Below are positions 39,515 through 47,034 of a stretch of 47,034 bases of DNA, piece by piece. This DNA is from Candidatus Woesearchaeota archaeon (GTDB taxonomy: Archaea; Nanobdellota; Nanobdellia; SCGC-AAA011-G17; PNOQ01): contig CAZTYO010000003.1 of the NCBI GenBank assembly GCA_964617925.1, positions 1 to 47,034 of the forward strand, written 5' to 3'. Every line of letters begins with the position of its first letter. Position 1 is the stretch's first letter. The notes under the pieces are model-generated. The model saw only the letters and a list, made by a program, of their open reading frames with translations. It was not told the DNA's origin and searched no databases. The position numbers and the translations under genes were made by a program.

Positions 39515-39582
39515 ACATTACCAATTTTGTTTAATCCTTTTAAAGTTTTTTGTTTAATTATCAGATAGAAATGCTTATAAAA

Positions 39583-39594
39583 TAACAATTGTTA
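39583..39594. promoter_or_regulatory. Palindrome TAACAATTGTTA, putative operator of the HTH-iscSU operon
   Basis: Perfect 12-bp palindrome between the TATA box (CTTATAAA) and the ATG at 39604. Confidence 0.5.
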
Positions 39595-39603
39595 AGTTTT
39601 TAT

Positions 39604-39969
39604 ATGAAGTTAATGTTACAAGAAGTGGAAGTAAGATATGTTATTCCTTCAATAAGAAGGGAATTAGCAAATGGTTTGAGTAAAGAAAAATTCAAACAAA
39701 AAGAAATAGCAGAATTGTTAAATATTACTCCATCAGCAGTTTCACAATATCTAAGTAAGAAAAGAGGAACAGTAAAATTCAGTAAAAGAATCACTGATGA
39801 GATAAAAAAAGCAGTTGAAAAAATCAAAACAAAAAAATCAACTACTCATAAAGAAATAATAAAATTAACAGACTTAATAAGAAAGACTGCGAACATTTGT
39901 GAAATTCATAGATTATATGATGATGTTCCAGAAAAATGCGAGGTATGTTTTTACAATGAAAATAAATAA
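39604..39969 (+). CDS. XRE-type HTH transcriptional regulator (COG2522-like) with C-terminal Cys/His motif
   Basis: QKEIAELLNITPSAVSQYL..KRG; CEIH...CEVC. Confidence 0.88.
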   Translation: MKLMLQEVEVRYVIPSIRRELANGLSKEKFKQKEIAELLNITPSAVSQYLSKKRGTVKFSKRITDEIKKAVEKIKTKKSTTHKEIIKLTDLIRKTANICEIHRLYDDVPEKCEVCFYNENK

Positions 39970-40165
39970 AGATATGATAATTGGGGAATGTTTAGCAAAA
40001 TATCCTCAAACTGCAAAGGTTTTATTCGATCACGGAATACATTGTGTTGGATGTTTTGCAGCAAACATGGAGACATTAGAAGATGGTTTACAAAGACACG
40101 GACTATCTGAAGAAGAAGTAAACAAAATAATCAAAGAGTTAAACGATTCAATCGATGAAGAATAA
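39956..40165 (+). CDS. DUF1858 (hybrid-cluster-associated redox disulfide) domain protein
   Basis: INKDMIIGE...YP...GIHCVGC...ETLE...HG. Confidence 0.88.
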   Translation: MKINKDMIIGECLAKYPQTAKVLFDHGIHCVGCFAANMETLEDGLQRHGLSEEEVNKIIKELNDSIDEE

Positions 40166-41327
40166 ATTAGTATACTTGGATAATGCAGCTGCAACGCCAG
40201 TAGATAAAAGAGTAATAAAAAGCATGGGAGATTATTACTCAAAATATTTTGGTAATGCGGGGAGCATGCATAACTTAGGACTAAATGCAGATAATGTTTT
40301 AGATAATTCTAGAAAAAAAGTTGCAAATATATTAAATTGTGAAAAAGAAGAAATAATTTTTACAGGTTCTGGAACAGAAAGTATTAATCTTGCATTAAAA
40401 GGTTTAGAAAGAAAATCAAAAAAGAAACATATCATAACAACTTCAATAGAACATCATGCAGTGATTGATTCATTAGAATCACTAAAGAAAGAAGGTTTCA
40501 AAATAACTATTGTGCCAGTAGAAAAGAATGGAATAATTTCTATAGATAAAATTAAATCAGCAATAAAAAAAGATACATTTCTAATTTCAGTTATGTATGC
40601 AAACAATGAGATTGGAACCATACAACCAATTAAAGAAATAGGAAAATTAACAAGAAGTAAGAATATTTTATTTCATACCGATGCATGTCAAGCTACAAAC
40701 TCAGAAAATTTAGATGTGAAAAAATTAAATGTAGATTTATTGAGTTTAAATAGTAGTAAAAATTATGGACCAAAAGGAATTGGTTGCCTATACAAAAGAA
40801 AAGGATTACAATTAGAACCTATGATCCATGGAGGGGGGCAAGAATTTGGACTAAGAAGTGGAACTGAAAACATTCCAGGAATTGTTGGATTTACTAGGGC
40901 GCTAGAGATTGCCCAAAAGAATAAAAAAGAATATTCAGAAAAATTAATCAAATTAAGGAATGAATTAATTAAAGGACTATTAAAGATAAATAAAACTATC
41001 TTGAATGGAGATAAGAAAAAAAGATTACCCAATAATATAAATATTACTTTCTTAGACATAGAAGGTGAATCAATTTTATTAAAATTAAATGAGTTGGGAA
41101 TTTATGCTTCAACAGGTAGTGCATGCACTTCGAAATCATTAGATGCAAGCCATGTAATCTTGGCAACGGGCCAATCAGAAAAAGTAGCACATGGCAGTAT
41201 AAGGTTTAGTTTAGGAAAATATACAAAAAAATCAGATATAAATTATGTAATTGAAGAAATGCCAAAAATAATTAAATGGTTAAGAGATATTTCACCTGTA
41301 GAAGTTAGAATGAGGAAAACAAAATGA
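40155..41327 (+). CDS. iscS: Cysteine desulfurase (IscS/NifS)
   Basis: YLDNAAAT, NNEIG, HTDA, SSK.YGPKG, RSGTEN and STGSAC motifs. Confidence 0.96.
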   Translation: MKNKLVYLDNAAATPVDKRVIKSMGDYYSKYFGNAGSMHNLGLNADNVLDNSRKKVANILNCEKEEIIFTGSGTESINLALKGLERKSKKKHIITTSIEHHAVIDSLESLKKEGFKITIVPVEKNGIISIDKIKSAIKKDTFLISVMYANNEIGTIQPIKEIGKLTRSKNILFHTDACQATNSENLDVKKLNVDLLSLNSSKNYGPKGIGCLYKRKGLQLEPMIHGGGQEFGLRSGTENIPGIVGFTRALEIAQKNKKEYSEKLIKLRNELIKGLLKINKTILNGDKKKRLPNNINITFLDIEGESILLKLNELGIYASTGSACTSKSLDASHVILATGQSEKVAHGSIRFSLGKYTKKSDINYVIEEMPKIIKWLRDISPVEVRMRKTK

Positions 41328-41749
41328 GTGACGTAACATCAAATACTGGAAAGTCATGGTTCTATTCAGAAACTGTAAAAGATCACTTCTTTAATCCAAG
41401 AAATATTTTGAAAACAAAAGAAGAAGCAGAAAAATATTCAAAAAAATCAGATGGGGAAGGAGAAGTTGGAAGTCCTGCATGCGGAGATGTTATGAAAATT
41501 TGGATAAAAGTTAAAGATGGAAAAATAACAGACTGCAAATATCAAACTTTTGGTTGTGCTTCTGCAATAGCAGCGACATCTATGTTTTCCACAATGGTTG
41601 TTGGAATGAAAATAAATGCTGCATTAAAAATAACTGCAAAAGATATAACAGATAATTTAGGTGGATTGCCAGCAAGAAAATTTCATTGTTCAGTTTTAGC
41701 AGATCAAGCTTTCAAGAAAGCAGTAAAAAATTATAGAAAAGATCAATAA
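41324..41749 (+). CDS. iscU: Fe-S cluster scaffold IscU/NifU
   Basis: DHFFNPRN, PACGD, FGCASA and KFHC motifs. Confidence 0.96.
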   Translation: MSDVTSNTGKSWFYSETVKDHFFNPRNILKTKEEAEKYSKKSDGEGEVGSPACGDVMKIWIKVKDGKITDCKYQTFGCASAIAATSMFSTMVVGMKINAALKITAKDITDNLGGLPARKFHCSVLADQAFKKAVKNYRKDQ

Positions 41750-42063
41750 TCTTTTTCAACTAATTTCTTAGCAGATTCAAAGTGCTTTTTCATTAATGGA
41801 AAGTAACTTGGCCTTTCTTCAAAAGTTATATTCGCAACATAATTTATAGAATCTTTATCAAAATAAATTCTCTCAAAACTATTAAAGTTAAATTGTTCAT
41901 GAGTAACAATTTTTCCCAAATTATTAATTTTATCTTCAATTTCAGAAATGGGGGCAGAATTAGGAATAACTTTTTCAAAAGATTCTAACCATCTTTTAAT
42001 TTCAGAAGGTTCACACCCATAGATTTCAATACGTTTATCCTTTTCGTTTATTTTGTATTTCAT
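41743..42063 (-). CDS. Hypothetical protein
   Basis: 106-aa ORF from MKYKIN; the longer version in the track overlaps the tRNA. Confidence 0.65.
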   Translation of the reverse strand: MKYKINEKDKRIEIYGCEPSEIKRWLESFEKVIPNSAPISEIEDKINNLGKIVTHEQFNFNSFERIYFDKDSINYVANITFEERPSYFPLMKKHFESAKKLVEKDY

Positions 42064-42069
42064 TGTAAA

Positions 42070-42143
42070 TGAGCCTACGGGGATTTGAACCCCGACCAAT
42101 CGGTCCGAAGCCGACCGCACTATCCAGATTATGCTACAGGCCC
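42070..42143 (-). tRNA. tRNA-Arg(TCG)
   Basis: GGGCCTG...GTCGG-CTTCGGA-CCGAT...GGTTCAAATCC...TAGGCTCA. Confidence 0.93.
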
Positions 42144-42221
42144 ATTAATCATACTTAATTTTACTTTTTAAACCTTACCAATTCCAAAAGAGATATAAAT
42201 ATAATCAAACAAATAATAAAT

Positions 42222-44819
42222 ATGAGAGTTGACTATTATAAAAAAACAGCAAATCAATCATTAACTTTACTTAATTCTCAACAAAAAGGTTTAGCTTCAA
42301 AAGAAGCAAGAGAAAGATTAGCTCATTATGGAAAAAATGAACTTCAAACTTCAAAAAAGATATCAAAATTTTCATTATTATTAGAACAAGTAAAAAATCC
42401 ATTAATATACATATTATTAATAGCAATAGCAGTTTCTATATTTCTAAAAAGTTTTCTTGATGCAGCAGTAATCTCTGCAATTATTATTCTAAATACCTTA
42501 TTTGGATTCTATCAAGAATTCAAATCAGAGAAAGCACTTCTAGCACTAAAGAAATTGGAAGTTCCACATGCAAAAGTTATGAGGCAAGGAATAATAAAAG
42601 TAATTTCTTCAAAGGAAGTTGTTCCTGGAGACATAATTGTTTTTGAAACTGGAGACAAAATTCCTGCAGATGCAAGAATAATAGAAGTAAATTCTTTGAA
42701 AGTAAATGAAGCTGTTTTAACTGGAGAATCAAGTTCAGTTCTAAAATCAGCAAATTCAATAAAAACTGACTCTCAATTAGCAGAAAGAAATAATATGTTG
42801 TTTGCTGGAACTATAGTTTCTTATGGGAGTGGAAAGGCAGTAGTTACTGCAACCGGAAGAAGAACTGAATTTGGATTAATTGCTCATGAAATAGAATCAA
42901 TAGAAGAAGAAGACACTCCAATAAAAAAGAAGATGGCAAAATTTGGAAAAAAGATTGGAGTAATAGTTTCATTAATAACATTATTAGTATTAGTTATAGG
43001 ATTACTAAAACATTTAACAGTTTATGAAATATTTATGACTAGTTTAAGTCTGGCAGTTTCTGCGATTCCAGAAGGATTGCCAGCAGTTATTACGATTTGT
43101 TTAGCTATCGGAATCCAACGTATGATCAAAAATAAAGCATTAATAAAAAGATTAGCGGCAGTAGAAACTCTTGGTGCAACAACTGTTATCTGTTCAGATA
43201 AAACTGGTACAATGACTAGTGGAGAAATGACAGTTAGCAAAATATTCACAAATAATAAAGTAATATCTGTAACAGGTTCAGGTTACAAAACAGAAGGAAA
43301 ATTTCTAGTTGGAAAAACTGAGATAAACAAAAAAGAATTAACAAAATTTTTGGAAACAGGTTATTTGTGTAATAATGCACAGATAAAAAATAAACAATAT
43401 GTTGGTGATCCTACTGAAATATCTTTATTAGTTGCTGCAAAGAAATTAAATATAGGTTCAGAGCTTAGGAGAATAAAAGAAGTTCCGTTTGATTCATCAA
43501 AAAAATATATGGCTACAATAGATAAGTCAAAAGGTAAAATCCATTATCATATGAAGGGGGCGCCCGAAGTAGTTGTAGAAAAATGTAGATATATTTACAA
43601 TAATGGAAGCATAAAAATACTTACTGAAAGAGAAAAAAAGAAAATTCTAGAACAAAATAAATTATTTGCAAATTCAGCACTAAGAGTTTTAGCATTAGCT
43701 TATTCAAAAACAGAAAATGAAAAAGATATGATTTTTCTTGGTTTAGCGGGTATAGAAGATTTACCTAGGCCAGAAGTTAAGAGTGCATTAAAATTATGTA
43801 AGAAGGCAGGCATTAGAGTAATTATGATTACTGGTGATAATATAATGACTGCAGAAGCAGTTGCAAAACAACTAAATCTAAGTACAAATAGTATGTTGGG
43901 AGAAGAATTAGATAAATTATCAGATAAAGAATTAGCTGAAAGAATAAATGATATAAATATTTTTGCAAGAGTAAATCCAGAACACAAAGTCAAAATTCTA
44001 AAAGCATTACAATCAAATGGAGAAATAGTTACAATGACTGGAGATGGAATAAATGATGCTCCAGCACTAAAAAAAGCAGATGTAGGGATTGCAATGGGTC
44101 TAACTGGGACAGATGTTTCAAGAGAAACAGCAGATATAATATTATTGGACGATAATTTTTCAACAATAGTTGATGCAGTAAAAGAAGGAAGGACTATATT
44201 TGACAACATAAAAAGATTCATTAAATACTTACTTTCTGCAAATCTGGGAGAAGTATTAATAATCTTTTTCTCATTATTGTCTTCATTCCCATTACCTTTG
44301 CTACCCTTACAAATATTATGGATAAATTTAGTAACGGATAGTTTACCGGCACTAGCCTTAGGAGTAGATCCTAGTGAAGAAGGAATTATGGACAGGAAAC
44401 CAAGAAATCCAAAAGAAGGGATACTAGATGGGACAAAAACTTTCTTAATCTTGGCAGGAATTTTGTGTGCAATAGCAACTTTAAGTTTATTCTCATTAGA
44501 GTACTTGCAAACTGGAGATCTAGATAAGGCAAGAACTATTGCCTTAACTACTACAGTAATTTTCGAATTATTATTAGTATTCAGTGTAAGATCAAAAAAG
44601 AAAAGTATGTTCAAAACGGGAATTTTTACAAATAAATATTTAGTTTGGGCAGTAGGTGCAGCTATTTTATTACAGTTAGCAGTAATTTACACACCACTAA
44701 GTGCTGCTTTCAAATTAGTTCCATTAGGAATATTTGATTGGGTAAAAATAGTATTTGCTTCAGTTATTGGCGTATCTATTTTAGAAATAAGAAAAATATT
44801 TTTACCAAAAACAATATAA
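42222..44819 (+). CDS. Cation-transporting P-type ATPase (P2A, Ca2+-type)
   Basis: [30 protein letters not shown] and WINLVTD motifs. Confidence 0.96.
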   Translation: MRVDYYKKTANQSLTLLNSQQKGLASKEARERLAHYGKNELQTSKKISKFSLLLEQVKNPLIYILLIAIAVSIFLKSFLDAAVISAIIILNTLFGFYQEFKSEKALLALKKLEVPHAKVMRQGIIKVISSKEVVPGDIIVFETGDKIPADARIIEVNSLKVNEAVLTGESSSVLKSANSIKTDSQLAERNNMLFAGTIVSYGSGKAVVTATGRRTEFGLIAHEIESIEEEDTPIKKKMAKFGKKIGVIVSLITLLVLVIGLLKHLTVYEIFMTSLSLAVSAIPEGLPAVITICLAIGIQRMIKNKALIKRLAAVETLGATTVICSDKTGTMTSGEMTVSKIFTNNKVISVTGSGYKTEGKFLVGKTEINKKELTKFLETGYLCNNAQIKNKQYVGDPTEISLLVAAKKLNIGSELRRIKEVPFDSSKKYMATIDKSKGKIHYHMKGAPEVVVEKCRYIYNNGSIKILTEREKKKILEQNKLFANSALRVLALAYSKTENEKDMIFLGLAGIEDLPRPEVKSALKLCKKAGIRVIMITGDNIMTAEAVAKQLNLSTNSMLGEELDKLSDKELAERINDINIFARVNPEHKVKILKALQSNGEIVTMTGDGINDAPALKKADVGIAMGLTGTDVSRETADIILLDDNFSTIVDAVKEGRTIFDNIKRFIKYLLSANLGEVLIIFFSLLSSFPLPLLPLQILWINLVTDSLPALALGVDPSEEGIMDRKPRNPKEGILDGTKTFLILAGILCAIATLSLFSLEYLQTGDLDKARTIALTTTVIFELLLVFSVRSKKKSMFKTGIFTNKYLVWAVGAAILLQLAVIYTPLSAAFKLVPLGIFDWVKIVFASVIGVSILEIRKIFLPKTI

Positions 44820-44840
44820 ACAAATTTTTCTAAAATTAAC

Positions 44841-45983
44841 ATGATGGGTGACAAGAAATTTTATAGAGCAATTGCAATGCTCTGCGGAACTGTTATTGGA
44901 GCAGGAGTATTAGGCTTACCTTATGTTTTTCAGCAAGCAGGTTTTCTAACTGGGGCCCTAACAGTATTAATTTTAGGAATAGTAGTTTTAATGTTAAATT
45001 TATTCATAGGAGAGATAGTTTTGAGAACTCCAGGTAATCATCAATTTCCAGGTTATGCAAAAATATACTTAGGCAAATGGGGAAAAAGGATAATGATGTT
45101 CTCTATGTTTTTTGGAGTGTATGGTGCATTAGTAGCATATCTTATTGGGGAAGGTTCTGCACTCTCAGCAATTTTTGGAGGAAGCCCATTATTATTTTCA
45201 TTAATATTCTTTGCAATAATCTCTACCTTGATATTCATAGGAATAAAAGCAATTTCAAAAGCAGAGTTAATCCTTGCTCCAATAGTGTTAATATTAATTC
45301 TTTCAATAGCTATCTATGCATTCTTCAGTGGAACTTTTAACACATCAAATCTTATGGAGTTTAATTTATTAAAATTGATAATACCTTATGGAGTTGTACT
45401 TTTTGCATTAGTGGGAGGAGTAGCTATTCCAGAAATGAAAGAATGTTTATCTCATGATAGAAAGAAACTAAAAAAAGCAATAATCATAGGATCAATTTTA
45501 CCACTAATAGCATATGTTTTATTTTCAGCAATAACTATTGCTGTAACGGGGGCAAACACAACAGAGATAGCAACAATAGGCCTAGGGGCAATTCTAGGTA
45601 GGAATATATTAATCTTAGGAAACTTATTTGCAGCCTTTGCAATGCTGACTTCAGCATTAACATTAGGGTTAGCAATGAAAGAAATATATAATTTTGATTT
45701 GAAATTTAGTAAAATGACCTCCTGGTTATTAACAATGATTGTACCGTTATTGATATTTTTTATTGGGGCAAGGAGTTTCATAAAAGTAATTGGAATAACT
45801 GGTGCAATAGCTGGCGGAATAGAGGGGATACTAATAGTTCTTATGTTTCGACAAGCAAGAAAAAGAAAGTTAAGGATTCCAGAATATAAATTAGGTAAAA
45901 AAACTGTAATTGGATTAATAATAATTACAATGTTTGCATTGGGAATAATTTATCAGATTGCAAACGTGTTAAAAATATTATAA
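44841..45983 (+). CDS. Aromatic amino acid permease (TyrP/Mtr, HAAAP family)
   Basis: GTVIGAGVLGLP motif; about 11 TM helices. Confidence 0.88.
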   Translation: MMGDKKFYRAIAMLCGTVIGAGVLGLPYVFQQAGFLTGALTVLILGIVVLMLNLFIGEIVLRTPGNHQFPGYAKIYLGKWGKRIMMFSMFFGVYGALVAYLIGEGSALSAIFGGSPLLFSLIFFAIISTLIFIGIKAISKAELILAPIVLILILSIAIYAFFSGTFNTSNLMEFNLLKLIIPYGVVLFALVGGVAIPEMKECLSHDRKKLKKAIIIGSILPLIAYVLFSAITIAVTGANTTEIATIGLGAILGRNILILGNLFAAFAMLTSALTLGLAMKEIYNFDLKFSKMTSWLLTMIVPLLIFFIGARSFIKVIGITGAIAGGIEGILIVLMFRQARKRKLRIPEYKLGKKTVIGLIIITMFALGIIYQIANVLKIL

Positions 45984-45998
45984 GAGAATATTAATCCC

Positions 45999-46229
45999 TT
46001 AATAAAACATTTTCAAATAATGATTTGTAAACTTTTTTTGAGATTCTGATATATTTCCATATGAAACTTTTATGGGATTATCTTTATCAAGATTAATATT
46101 TTCTATACTTTTCCCTAAATCTTCTAATAATATAAAATAATCAGCGTATTCTGATTTCATATCTTCTGGTCGTTTTTCTAATTCATACCACCCGGTGTTT
46201 ACATATTTAATTTTTAATTCTAATGTCAT
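45999..46229 (-). CDS. Hypothetical small protein
   Basis: About 76-aa ORF with a TATA-like element upstream. Confidence 0.5.
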   Translation of the reverse strand: MTLELKIKYVNTGWYELEKRPEDMKSEYADYFILLEDLGKSIENINLDKDNPIKVSYGNISESQKKFTNHYLKMFY

Positions 46230-46289
46230 TTTTATCAATTATTCAGTAGTTTTAAAAGATTTATATATGTTTCCATAAAAAGAATAAAA

Positions 46290-46297
46290 CGTCCCGG
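46290..46297 (-). repeat. 8-bp copy of the tRNA-Asn 3' end (CCGGGACG on minus); identical to 46845-46852
   Basis: GC-rich cgtcccgg inside an otherwise very AT-rich spacer. Confidence 0.45.
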
Positions 46298-46403
46298 ATA
46301 GTAAAAATAAAAATATTTTTCCTATTTTATGGATTAAACTAATAAATTTATTTAATTAATAAAAAAAGAAAGGATCTTGAGAAAAATTAGTTAATACTTT
46401 AAA

Positions 46404-46784
46404 TTAATGAAATTCTTTTTTTATGGAATCTTTTATGTTGTTAAATATTTCTGCGGAACAATAAGATAATCTGCAAACTCCATTAATATGCCTAGCTTTT
46501 CTTATTTTTGGTTTAGATTTAGAAATATAGGATTTAGTAAATTGATTTTGAGGAATTTTTAATATATCTGACCAAAATTGTTTAGCTTTATTTTCATCCA
46601 AATCTTCCCAAATATAAATTCTTCCCCTTAATCTTTTTTTATCAAGGATATAATATTTTCTTAGCCATCTTGAAAAATAAATTAAAATTTTGGGATCTGT
46701 ATTTGTTAAGGCAACCATATTGGCCTTTGCTTTGTCACCCTCGCCCCAATATAACATTAAACCAAGTGATTTATTCAATCTCAT
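46404..46784 (-). CDS. LAGLIDADG-endonuclease-like protein (single motif, degenerate)
   Basis: SLGLMLYWGEGDK helix motif, then VALTNTDPKILIYFSRWL and ...GVCRLSY. Start MRLNKS has a TATA box about 23 nt upstream. Confidence 0.7.
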   Translation of the reverse strand: MRLNKSLGLMLYWGEGDKAKANMVALTNTDPKILIYFSRWLRKYYILDKKRLRGRIYIWEDLDENKAKQFWSDILKIPQNQFTKSYISKSKPKIRKARHINGVCRLSYCSAEIFNNIKDSIKKEFH

Positions 46785-46844
46785 AATACAAAATAGATAA
46801 TTCAATTTAAATAGTTTATTTGAGTGTATGTCAAAAACAAAAAG

Positions 46845-46936
46845 CGTCCCGGGCAGGATTTGAACCTGCGACCTGTCGGTTTCCATAAAATAAGTTTTAA
46901 CAGCCGACCGCTCGAACCAGACTAAGCTACCGAGAC
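46845..46936 (-). tRNA. tRNA-Asn(GTT) with 17-nt intron at position 37/38 (intron 46881-46897)
   Basis: GTCTCGG...GTCGG-CTGTTA[AAACTTATTTTATGGAA]A-CCGAC...GGTTCAAATCC..CCGGGAC-G. Confidence 0.93.
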
Positions 46937-47034
46937 ATAAGTTTGTTGATAAATTTAGTACTTATAAAGTTTTCTTCAAGGATGCATTGTTGCGTTGTCG
47001 GGACTTAGACTGAGTAAAAAAATTATTTCTTCTC

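Noticed and set aside
43700-44614. 304-aa antisense ORF and the many other short antisense ORFs in the track
   Set aside because: Shadows of well-supported genes on the opposite strand, with no motifs or expression signals.
46978-47034. GC-richer stretch at the window end, possibly an ncRNA or gene end
   Set aside because: Truncated by the window edge; no recognisable tRNA/SRP/RNase P structure.
1-47034. CRISPR array, integrase/transposase, rRNA, provirus
   Set aside because: No spaced direct repeats, recombinase motifs or long GC-rich RNA genes were seen.

Overview
AT-rich, very compact archaeal chromosome segment in standard code 11. The gene set points to a DPANN lineage, most likely Pacearchaeota/Woesearchaeota: archaeal ribosomal and transcription genes, FtsZ/SepF, a pacearchaeosortase-like protein, a shortened AlaRS and Dph2, and class II RNR. 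Most of the window is housekeeping: glyS (partial), dph2, ZPR1, sepF, pfdB, rpo12, rpl37ae, L11-Spt5-SecE, ftsZ, slyD, aIF5A, L40e, tatD, tyw1, cdc6, hemK, L1-P0-P1, alaS, tfe, nreA, L15e, nrdJ, proS, an HTH-DUF1858-iscS-iscU operon, a P-type ATPase and an amino-acid permease. There are five tRNAs: Pro-TGG, Cys-GCA, Arg-TCT, Arg-TCG and Asn-GTT, the last with a 17-nt intron. I found no CRISPR array, rRNA, integrase or transposase. The most notable observations are: (i) a LAGLIDADG-like ORF behind tRNA-Asn, bracketed by a short duplicate of the tRNA 3' end; (ii) a stand-alone CARF-like protein with a divergent winged-helix protein next to cdc6; (iii) a circularly permuted L1-binding RNA motif over the rpl1 RBS; (iv) an archaeosortase locus with a candidate substrate; (v) probable ATA start codons; and (vi) an unannotated pseudogene and small ORF. 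All family calls come from motif recognition by eye, not database searches.
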